A stretch of 39,323 nt of DNA from a virus, in the IMG/VR virus record IMGVR_UViG_3300045201_000011, positions 1 to 39,323 of that record. One strand, 5' to 3'. Made by a program: the position numbers and the translations under genes. The notes beneath the pieces are model-generated. The model did no database searches. It was not told the DNA's origin and saw nothing but the letters and a program-made list of their open reading frames with translations. Positions 32,513 to 39,323 of the stretch are shown piece by piece; position 1 is the first letter of the stretch, and every line of letters begins with the position of its first letter.

Positions 32513-32834
32513 AGTCGTTCAGTTTATTACGCTGGACGAAACGCCTCGCTCTTCGAACGAAGTGATACTTTCGAGTATCAATACGTCGGACATGCTTTCG
32601 AATGAGCGGAAGAGGAGGAAGCTCGTGGGTAACGCGACTGAGCGCTTCAAGTGAGTCAGCAATAAACTGAGCCAGACATTGAATGAGCGCTATGATGATC
32701 AACGGAAAGAAGATCAAAGCACATGTCACTGTCAATGCTATGATGCTCAACCGCAAAGCAATGTAGGGTAATATGGCGCGTCTTAGATGACGGTACTTCC
32801 TCATTACTTGCACGTCCTTGAAGAGGTTACTCAT
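32511..32834 (-). CDS. Membrane protein translationally coupled to the amidase (holin-like candidate)
   Basis: 107 aa. Hydrophobic stretch ILPYIALRLSIIALTVTCALIFFPLIIIALIQCL and a highly basic C-terminus. Its ATG overlaps the amidase stop. Confidence 0.45.
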   Translation of the reverse strand: MSNLFKDVQVMRKYRHLRRAILPYIALRLSIIALTVTCALIFFPLIIIALIQCLAQFIADSLEALSRVTHELPPLPLIRKHVRRIDTRKYHFVRRARRFVQRNKLND

Positions 32835-33484
32835 CAGCGTACACGTATCGTCTGACCGACCTTCAACGCCTTTACTTTAATGCCCGGATTGAGGGCTGCG
32901 ATCTGGTCCGAGGAGGTTCCGAACTTGCGACCTAGTGCGAAGAGTGTGTCGCCCTTAGCAATCGTATGGTACGCCCAGCCGTTATCCTTAGGCGTTGCCT
33001 TTGGAGTTTCATCAACTGGCTTTGGGTTGACGTGCGGTTGCTTTGTGAGGAACACGCCGGTCTGGTTAATCCAGTTGCGAACGTCAAAGCATGGGCAGTC
33101 CTTTGCCACCTTCGGGAAGTCGCGGTGTCCCTGAATGGTTGCCTTCGGGTATTTCTTTCGAAGCTCGATCAAGAGTTCGGCAAGAGCTGCAAACTGTGCT
33201 GATGTGAAGTTGTCTTCGCTTTTGCCCTTGGCATCAACACCACCGACTAGGCAGATGCCTACGGAATTACTGTTGTAACCCTGAACATGAGAGCCGATAG
33301 CTTCGAGCGGGCGTCCAGTTTCGACACGACCATCACGGCGAATGACGAAGTGATAGCCGATCATCAACCAACCGAGGGCACGATGCCAGCGGTCGATTTC
33401 TGCACGGCCTACGTCCATTGTTGGAGGCGTGGCCGCACAATGCACGGCGATGTAGTCCGTGCTGGTACGGGATTTCAATGACAT
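32834..33484 (-). CDS. N-acetylmuramoyl-L-alanine amidase (T7 gp3.5 lysozyme-like) fused to a C-terminal LysM domain
   Basis: STDYIAVHCAATPP...GYHFVIRRDGRVETGR...GSHVQGYNSNSVGICLVGG parallels T7 lysozyme. C-terminal YHTIAKGDTLFALGRKFGTSSDQIAALNP...VGQTIRV is LysM-like. Start set at ATG 33484 (AAGGA RBS). Confidence 0.85.
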   Translation of the reverse strand: MSLKSRTSTDYIAVHCAATPPTMDVGRAEIDRWHRALGWLMIGYHFVIRRDGRVETGRPLEAIGSHVQGYNSNSVGICLVGGVDAKGKSEDNFTSAQFAALAELLIELRKKYPKATIQGHRDFPKVAKDCPCFDVRNWINQTGVFLTKQPHVNPKPVDETPKATPKDNGWAYHTIAKGDTLFALGRKFGTSSDQIAALNPGIKVKALKVGQTIRVR

Positions 33485-33897
33485 GGAGATTCCTTTGTCC
33501 ACGCCACGGGGATGAGCTTATCGGCATATTGAAAGCCGTGCTTCTGGCACCAGTCGGCGTAGGTAGTCTTGGAGGTCTTGCTGATCTTCGCCTTGCTGTT
33601 AGAAAAGACGAACCGAACGTCAGCGTCCGGGTACTGAGCCTTGATCAGAATGTGCTTCTGTCGATCAGCGGTTACAAAGCGGCCTTTGGTTTCAATGATG
33701 ATACCGTTAGGCAGCTCAAAATCTGGAGTGTAGGTGGCGACACGAGCGGGTTTCGTGTACTTGAATTTCTTCTCTTCGAATTTCACTTCGATGCCCAAGG
33801 CTCGGAGCTGGTCTGCGACCTTCTCTTCAAGCCCTGAGCGGAATCCTTCACGGATACCTACTTCCTCCAGCTTGGAAGCCGGAGTGCGGTAACCCAT
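33475..33897 (-). CDS. Endonuclease I / Holliday junction resolvase (T7 gp3-like)
   Basis: SGLEEKVADQL..., YTPDFELPNGIIIETKG and ...ADKLIPVAW parallel T7 gp3 (YTPDFLLPNGIFVETKG, ADKLIPAEW). Confidence 0.9.
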   Translation of the reverse strand: MGYRTPASKLEEVGIREGFRSGLEEKVADQLRALGIEVKFEEKKFKYTKPARVATYTPDFELPNGIIIETKGRFVTADRQKHILIKAQYPDADVRFVFSNSKAKISKTSKTTYADWCQKHGFQYADKLIPVAWTKESPCH

Positions 33898-34580
33898 TAG
33901 AACTCTACCGTTTCTTCAACCGCGCTGTTCGAGCTTGCACCTTCTTCCGAAGAGTCGAACGGGCTTTCGTTGCTTTCTTCCTCGGCGTACTCGTAGCCTT
34001 CTTCTGCGCCAAAACCATACGAGGAAGCAGACTGCTCACCGAATGAACGCAGCTCAAGAATCTGGACGGCTTCAAGGGCCAGTTTGACCGAAGCACCTAC
34101 GGTCGTTGTCGGTGCGTATGGAATAATCTGGTAGCTTAGCTTACCAACCGTACCACCACCGATAGCGACTTCGCCCTTGATCGGAGCGCCCTTGGCATCA
34201 AACAATGCAGGCTTACGGGTCCAAGGCTTGCCGGTCTTCTTCGACACGCCGCTTGCCTTCATTGTGAACTTGAGTTCGACTTCACCTGTTTCTTCGCCGG
34301 TCTCTTCATCTTCGAGACGGGCATAAGGAAGGTACTTCGTTTCCCACTTCTTCTCCTCGGCCTTGTTCTTTGCATTGGCCTTTGCATTGGCAAGACTTTC
34401 CGCTGCTGCATCATCCAGCTTGTCGAGGAGTTCACCCACGCCCGGAGCATTCAAATCAACCACGAGCTTGACTGAGTATTCACCCTCGGCCTTGAACTTT
34501 GTGTCTGGTTCAATGAGCTTCGGGAATTTGAAGGTGCCCTTAGGCGAAGTGAAGGTTGGGTTCTTCTTTGGCTGAGCCAT
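33897..34580 (-). CDS. Single-stranded DNA-binding protein (T7 gp2.5-like)
   Basis: Start trimmed to ATG 34580 (MAQPKKNPTFTSPKGTFKFPKL...). Acidic C-terminal tail ending ...EETVEF, like the gp2.5 acidic tail ending in F. Confidence 0.75.
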   Translation of the reverse strand: MAQPKKNPTFTSPKGTFKFPKLIEPDTKFKAEGEYSVKLVVDLNAPGVGELLDKLDDAAAESLANAKANAKNKAEEKKWETKYLPYARLEDEETGEETGEVELKFTMKASGVSKKTGKPWTRKPALFDAKGAPIKGEVAIGGGTVGKLSYQIIPYAPTTTVGASVKLALEAVQILELRSFGEQSASSYGFGAEEGYEYAEEESNESPFDSSEEGASSNSAVEETVEF

Positions 34581-34613
34581 TTGATTTCCATGAGGTTGGC
34601 CCAAACGAGAAAA

Positions 34614-34638
34614 CCCCCGGCCAATTAAGGCGCGGGGG
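34614..34638 (-). other. Promoter-proximal hairpin plus U-tract downstream of P4
   Basis: Minus strand reads CCCCCG-CGCCUUAAUUGGC-CGGGGG followed by UUUUCUC. Lies in the SSB leader. Confidence 0.5.
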
Positions 34639-34665
34639 CTTCGGATGAGCTGAGTTTATAGGTTG

Positions 34666-34683
34666 CTATGGTGAGGGGTAATT
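34666..34683 (-). promoter_or_regulatory. Phage RNAP promoter P4
   Basis: 18/18 to consensus. Overlaps the stop codon of ORF 34682..35128. Confidence 0.85.
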
Positions 34684-35128
34684 AGACGCTTGCGCTCTCA
34701 CCAAAGGATTGATTTGCGATAGTGACCACATCAAGTGGGTCAGAGAATTGGTTTCCCTTCCGACCTGCCATGAGGCTCCTGACCACGATGGAGAATGCCC
34801 ATACTTGAGAGCTGACTGAGCGGTGCTTTTTGAGCTGGTAATCGTGCCCCCGGAAATCCTTATTTGTGATTAGGTCGAAGGCTAGTTCGTCGTTAACGTC
34901 CACTTCAAAAGCGGTTCCGCCAACCAGCTTGAAACCGATCGAAGTAATCTCACCGATCACTGCGCCTCCACCTCCTCGGTAGGAAGTACCCCAAGCCACC
35001 TTCGTACCTACCTTGAGCGGCTGGCCGGTACGGTCGAGGATGGATGAGTTGTCAGGAGTGTATACATGCTTATCCGTTGCGGCCACGCGATAGCGCTTGC
35101 CGTCAATTTCAGTGATCTTGAATGACAT
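34682..35128 (-). CDS. Hypothetical protein
   Basis: 148-aa ORF in the class II region. No motif recognised. Confidence 0.5.
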   Translation of the reverse strand: MSFKITEIDGKRYRVAATDKHVYTPDNSSILDRTGQPLKVGTKVAWGTSYRGGGGAVIGEITSIGFKLVGGTAFEVDVNDELAFDLITNKDFRGHDYQLKKHRSVSSQVWAFSIVVRSLMAGRKGNQFSDPLDVVTIANQSFGESASV

Positions 35129-35143
35129 ATTTTTTCCGTGAGT

Positions 35144-35800
35144 TTAGTACTGGCCTTGCGGACAGTTGCGCTCAGTTAGTCGCTCTTGCGAGGGCAGAAC
35201 ATGCATGAGGCCGTGGTTAATTGAATTGCCTTTGAGGGCATAAGGCTTGTCTGAAATGGACAGCTTGAGGAATGTGCGGACGCCTGCCTGTGCGTTCGGG
35301 TCAACCTTGTGCAACACCGTCTGGTCCATTCGCAGAATGTTCTTCACAGGGTAGCGGACGTGATAATCCCGCGCTCCTTCAAGCATGGCGTCCATAACAG
35401 AAAGGGAACTTGTATGGTCTTCCGGCAGCGCCAGTAGTCCCGGACCTTCGAAGATCACAGTTGGGTTCAGGTTGTACCAGAGGTAGTTCACGTCATCCGT
35501 TAAGAAGCCATCCGAGTGCCAGCCGGGACGATTACCGGGACTAGCCTTCGAGACGTGCATAGTTTTCGCTGAGAGATAGACGTAGCTCCGAGTCCAGCGG
35601 TCAATCCCGTATTCATTCAACACATCTTCCGCACATGCCTGGACGAACTGATCAAACTTCTTAAGGTTATCAGGGAGATTTCTCCGACCGAACGGAAGCT
35701 TGATCGGGCAATACAGCCAGAACATCATCTCGCTTGTGTCAAATTCGAACTCGCCTAGTAGCTTCGGGGCAGCACCGTAAATTGCAGGTGTATGTTTCAT
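35144..35800 (-). CDS. Possible 2OG-Fe(II) oxygenase / cupin-fold protein
   Basis: 218 aa. HxD-type motif PGWHSDGF and a distal His (VLHKV). Weak motif-level call only. Confidence 0.3.
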   Translation of the reverse strand: MKHTPAIYGAAPKLLGEFEFDTSEMMFWLYCPIKLPFGRRNLPDNLKKFDQFVQACAEDVLNEYGIDRWTRSYVYLSAKTMHVSKASPGNRPGWHSDGFLTDDVNYLWYNLNPTVIFEGPGLLALPEDHTSSLSVMDAMLEGARDYHVRYPVKNILRMDQTVLHKVDPNAQAGVRTFLKLSISDKPYALKGNSINHGLMHVLPSQERLTERNCPQGQY

Positions 35801-35854
35801 TGTCGCTAATTCCTAGTTGTCAGATGCGAATAGATTTGCTGGATTTGCTGGAGG

Positions 35855-36010
35855 TTATTGCTTCGGTCGATGAGCCTGAGCGAGCGCGGGCACGTCATAG
35901 CCCTGCTCAATGAGTTCACGGGCCTGCCAGAACGAAATGTTACGGCCCGCTTGCCACGTCTTGATTGCGCGACCGAGGGTGGACTGAGGTTCTTGTGCGT
36001 GATTTTCCAT
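35855..36010 (-). CDS. Small hypothetical protein (51 aa) at the T7 gene-1.1 position
   Basis: ORF track gives 35855..36097. Trimmed to ATG 36010 (AAGGAA RBS), downstream of promoter P5. Confidence 0.45.
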   Translation of the reverse strand: MENHAQEPQSTLGRAIKTWQAGRNISFWQARELIEQGYDVPALAQAHRPKQ

Positions 36011-36039
36011 GGTGATTTCCTTGCTCGAAATGAGAACTT

Positions 36040-36057
36040 CTATGGTGAGGGGTAATT
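36040..36057 (-). promoter_or_regulatory. Phage RNAP promoter P5
   Basis: 18/18 to consensus, just downstream of the RNAP gene (the phi-1.1 position in T7). Confidence 0.85.
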
Positions 36058-36089
36058 CACCAGCGCAATTAAATGCACTGGTGGATAGA

Positions 36090-38669
36090 TCAGGCAAAAA
36101 AGAACGGACTCTCTAGGACCAACTGCAAATCCAGTGAGCCTTTTCGTGGGAGACTTGGAAGCTTTGTACCTTCCGGGAGCATTGCTGAGATTTCATCAGC
36201 GAACTCCCGCAACACATCATGATCAGAATACATTCGGACGAACTCTTCCCGGAGGAATTGAGCGAGCGCCCAGCTATTCCCAGCATGTGTGCCGTAGCTG
36301 TCGTGGATAAGGGAGAAAGACCGGATGCCTTCGTCGTGGCAGCGGGCTACCGTGAGCTGCATGTGAGCGGCGTCCATTGAGTGAACCCAGTTAGGTGCGA
36401 TGCCGCTGCCCTGCTTACGCTTATCGATCTTTCGAGTTGCCGTATCGATGGAAAGCTGGAGGCGGACCTTCTGGAATGTCAGCTCTAACCGCTTCTGTTC
36501 GCTGGTCGTGTACTCCTGCATGACCTTGAGGCCATTAGGAGCTGTCCAAATTACAGGAAGCCCCTCGCCTGATGCAATCTTGGCAACTTTCTGTAGCCAG
36601 TCCATCGCCGCACGAGCTGCGACCACGACTTCACCTACGCAATCCCAAATGAGCTGACCGAGGAATGAAGCAGCAGGATAGCCAGAGCCTTCGAATGGAA
36701 AAGCCTCGCCTGCTTCACGCTTCCAAGGGGTGACGGTATCAGTGAAGACCTGTTCACGGAAGCCGTACTCCTTAGCGCCATAGGCTAGTGTCATGACTGG
36801 ACGCTTGGTCACCTTTCGGGTGATGTTATATGCCAGCCACTTGCGAGCCATGGAGCCATCGCTCTCGACGGTTTTCATCTGACCGTCCTTGCCCATTTTC
36901 TCGGACGTATCCTCCGGGCAAGCCTGCGAGATTTCCTTAAGCTTCCCGATGAGAACATCAGCAACCGTCTGGTAAATATCGTTTGGCTTGTCTCCCGGTA
37001 CGAGGTTGACTGCCCTGCCCCCGATTTCATCCTTCAACATGGCAGAGAAATTCTGTAGGCCGTTGCATGTGCCATCCATCTGGATAGGCAAATGGCTTTC
37101 ATAAGAGTAGCCATCCTCACGGTATCCAGCCCACTCGAAACAGAATGCGAGAGCCTGCCATGGCTTATCGGCGGTCATCCAGAAGCGGTTGTCGTAAGGG
37201 TCGTGAGCAGAAGCAAGAATCTCCTGTTCGTTTTCCTTCACCCAAGAGACACGCTCCTCCAGCGAAACCTTATCGACGCCCCACAAGCCAGCCCCATGGA
37301 TAGCAAGCCAGTTCGCTCCTTCCTCATCACCAATCGGAACGGAGTTGGCAAACTGCAAGAGGCCATGATTCGCATCGTCCCCCTGAGGATTGAGGAACAA
37401 AGGGACAGCATAGACACGACCACGGAAATCCATCTGATGAGGGAAGAAGAACTCTTCGGTATCCTTGAAGCGGTTAGCTACCCAAAGCATTCGGGAAAAC
37501 TGGAGGCGCTTCGAAACAGCACGGGCGTTCTCGTCGTAGATAACAGTGCATTCAGACTTCCATCGACCAAACTCTTCGAGCTGCTCAAGAGACATGTCCT
37601 CCTTTGTGATCTTTCCTTCGAGCCAAGTAGGTTTGACAGGAAGCGGCATGTCATCAGCTTGGGGAACTATTGCGAGGGTGGATTGATTATCCCAAAGCTG
37701 GGTCATCACGTCCAAGACGCGCTGGTTGATCGACCACGCGGTCTCCTGCATTGCATTCAACGCCTTGAAGACGATAGGCATCTCGACCGACTCAAGGTCC
37801 GAGAGGTAAGCCCTATTGCTGGTCTTAACCAGCCGAAGGCCACGCACTCGGTTTGTCCAGTAGCCGCCTGAGGTTGGAGTTGTCCAAGGACGCGGAGGGA
37901 TAATCGTAGGCATGTAGACTGGGGCAAGCGGTGAGAGCCTAGCGTTCTCCGTGGCAAGCCACTTCATCGTTTCAGCAGTGGCGGAAACGTAGATATTCGT
38001 ATTGTTCTTGCCCTCAGTCTGACGAACAATTTCAAACAGGCCAGTGCTTTCCACAACTAACTCGACCAACTTAAGTCCAACCTTGATACGAACATCAGCG
38101 GACCATTCGTTCCAGTCTTCACCCTTGTTCTTGGCGTGTTTGATCATTGCACGGTTGCGATGATTTGCGTGCTGGGTCTGTCTTGTGATCTTTTTCCGGG
38201 CATTGTTAAAAGCGTCTTTGTCAAATTCCTCGAAAGCACGGAAGCGAAGCTCATCTTCGATCATCCCCGCCACGCGGTTTGCAACTGCCGTAAGCTTCAT
38301 GCGTTGAGAGACGCAATCGAAGAGTGTGCGCAGTGTGATGTGCGCAACCATGTCGTAATCAACACCTTCGAGATACTTGATTGCAGTATGGGCACGGCCA
38401 GCAGTCCGCTTCCCGGTCTCCTCAAAGAACTTTTCCAGCCCTTCGATGACTTGAGCATGTGCATGAATGATCATCCGGCGAGAGGAAAGGTTATTTGCTT
38501 CCGTTCCTTTAGTCTGATTTTTCTCAAGTGCCTTCTCAAAGCGGGCTATACCAGAACTTCTCATCTCCTCTTCAAGTTTTAGCTGGTCTTCCCATAGAGG
38601 ATGATCAGTAGGGAGATAACCATGAGTGTTAAGGAATACTTGGTTAGTTAGTTCATAGGTATTATTCAT
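36090..38669 (-). CDS. Single-subunit DNA-dependent RNA polymerase (T7 gp1-like)
   Basis: Start trimmed to ATG 38669 (MNNTYELTNQ...). C-terminus LIHDSYGTH...LESPFFFA parallels T7 RNAP IHDSFGT...SDFAFA. 859 aa. Confidence 0.95.
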   Translation of the reverse strand: MNNTYELTNQVFLNTHGYLPTDHPLWEDQLKLEEEMRSSGIARFEKALEKNQTKGTEANNLSSRRMIIHAHAQVIEGLEKFFEETGKRTAGRAHTAIKYLEGVDYDMVAHITLRTLFDCVSQRMKLTAVANRVAGMIEDELRFRAFEEFDKDAFNNARKKITRQTQHANHRNRAMIKHAKNKGEDWNEWSADVRIKVGLKLVELVVESTGLFEIVRQTEGKNNTNIYVSATAETMKWLATENARLSPLAPVYMPTIIPPRPWTTPTSGGYWTNRVRGLRLVKTSNRAYLSDLESVEMPIVFKALNAMQETAWSINQRVLDVMTQLWDNQSTLAIVPQADDMPLPVKPTWLEGKITKEDMSLEQLEEFGRWKSECTVIYDENARAVSKRLQFSRMLWVANRFKDTEEFFFPHQMDFRGRVYAVPLFLNPQGDDANHGLLQFANSVPIGDEEGANWLAIHGAGLWGVDKVSLEERVSWVKENEQEILASAHDPYDNRFWMTADKPWQALAFCFEWAGYREDGYSYESHLPIQMDGTCNGLQNFSAMLKDEIGGRAVNLVPGDKPNDIYQTVADVLIGKLKEISQACPEDTSEKMGKDGQMKTVESDGSMARKWLAYNITRKVTKRPVMTLAYGAKEYGFREQVFTDTVTPWKREAGEAFPFEGSGYPAASFLGQLIWDCVGEVVVAARAAMDWLQKVAKIASGEGLPVIWTAPNGLKVMQEYTTSEQKRLELTFQKVRLQLSIDTATRKIDKRKQGSGIAPNWVHSMDAAHMQLTVARCHDEGIRSFSLIHDSYGTHAGNSWALAQFLREEFVRMYSDHDVLREFADEISAMLPEGTKLPSLPRKGSLDLQLVLESPFFFA

Positions 38670-38728
38670 GGGAGATAACCTTCTGAAAGGCATAGGAAGT
38701 CCTTTAGGGAGACCTAAGGGGGCCATTC

Positions 38729-38746
38729 CTATGGAGAGGGGTAATC
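38729..38746 (-). promoter_or_regulatory. Phage RNAP promoter-like site P6 (16/18), 60 nt upstream of the RNAP start codon
   Basis: Minus strand reads GATTACCCCTCTCCATAG, with two mismatches to consensus. Confidence 0.55.
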
Positions 38747-38768
38747 AGGCAGCGCGTTTTGAGAGCTG

Positions 38769-38786
38769 CTATGGTGAGGGGTAATT
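38769..38786 (-). promoter_or_regulatory. Phage RNAP promoter P7, upstream of the RNAP gene
   Basis: 18/18 to consensus. Starts 2 nt after the stop of ORF 38789..39142. Confidence 0.8.
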
Positions 38787-38788
38787 GG

Positions 38789-39142
38789 TCAGTTGACCGT
38801 CAAAGCGCGTGTAATCTCGGCCTGTTTGCCGATCACATCACAGGCCCATGCGACTGCTTGAAAGCGTTCATCATTGGTGAAGGCTACTGCGTAACCTGTT
38901 CCTGCTTCGAGGTCGCTCCGAGTGACACGAGCGGTAAACCAATCAGGCAACCTATCGTAACGGTCGAGGAGGTATTTGCAGTGATGATCGAAGGTGTCGT
39001 CACGCCAGACTGACACGTCCAATTCGTAATAGAGATACGAGGTCCAGAGGAACATTTCGCATTGGCTTTTGAGGACTTTCTCCTCTGACCATCTATCGCT
39101 GTGGCGGAAGTATCCCTTCCCGTCCTTAATCCATTCCGTCAT
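38789..39142 (-). CDS. Hypothetical early protein (117 aa)
   Basis: ORF track gives 38789..39259. Trimmed to ATG 39142 (MTEWIKDGKG..., GGAG 9 nt upstream). The extended N-terminus would read through the GTGGATA-box and the end repeat. Confidence 0.5.
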   Translation of the reverse strand: MTEWIKDGKGYFRHSDRWSEEKVLKSQCEMFLWTSYLYYELDVSVWRDDTFDHHCKYLLDRYDRLPDWFTARVTRSDLEAGTGYAVAFTNDERFQAVAWACDVIGKQAEITRALTVN

Positions 39143-39196
39143 TTTCGACTCCGAGTGCCACAACTCATGCCACTCGCCACTTCCGGCGCAATGTAT

Positions 39197-39323
39197 AAGT
39201 GGGTAACTATGCATTAGTGGATAGATTAAAGCTGTAAGAAAAGGCCGGAGATTTACCATCCCGGCAACGTGGTAACTTCAATCTATTCACTAGTGGAAAT
39301 GTCGATGACGGTCTTTTAAGTCC
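39197..39323. repeat. Right copy of the exact 127-bp end duplication
   Basis: Identical to 1-127. Indicates a circularly closed assembly or terminal redundancy. Confidence 0.95.

Noticed and set aside
39143-39259. N-terminal extension of ORF 38789..39259.
   Set aside because: It would translate the GTGGATA-box and end-repeat region into an implausible peptide (MVNLRPFLTALIYPLMHSYPLIH...). An internal ATG at 39142 has a GGAG RBS.
1-39323. A search for CRISPR arrays, rRNA genes, IS/transposase genes and reverse transcriptase (retron/DGR) signatures.
   Set aside because: No spaced identical repeats of CRISPR type, no rRNA-like sequence, and no transposase or RT motifs (YxDD) in any ORF of suitable size.

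Overview
The window is a complete T7-like (Autographiviridae-type) podophage genome. Bases 1-127 are identical to 39197-39323, so the unique length is 39196 bp and the contig closes on itself. Every protein gene except one is on the minus strand, in canonical T7 order: single-subunit RNA polymerase, SSB, endonuclease I, amidase, primase-helicase, DNA polymerase, exonuclease, portal, scaffold, capsid, tail tube A/B, internal core proteins, tail fiber, small and large terminase.

Seven copies of an 18-nt T3-like phage promoter (AATTACCCCTCACCATAG) drive this backbone. Two of them sit upstream of the RNAP gene itself.

The accessory arm (about 1-6450 plus 38789-39323) carries a lysogeny module: a tyrosine integrase, a complete tRNA-Leu(UAA) and a MarR-type regulator. 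It also holds an early operon with an ArdA-type anti-restriction gene, a Rap1a/Tai-like periplasmic immunity-type gene behind its own phage promoter, and about 790 bp of repeat-dense non-coding DNA that may contain the virion termini.

The most unusual signal is three copies of an ~85-bp intergenic repeat. On the minus strand each folds into a canonical type II hammerhead self-cleaving ribozyme, with the full catalytic core, a GUC cleavage site and covarying stems. They bracket ardA and the antisense of the only plus-strand gene.

Other structured elements:
- a pair of 50-nt hairpin repeats with GNRA loops and wobble-compatible substitutions
- a ~20-bp GTGGATA/DnaA-box-like motif scattered upstream of many minus-strand genes
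- two promoter-hairpin-U-tract modules

All functional calls come from reading the sequence and from remembered family motifs. No database search was run.
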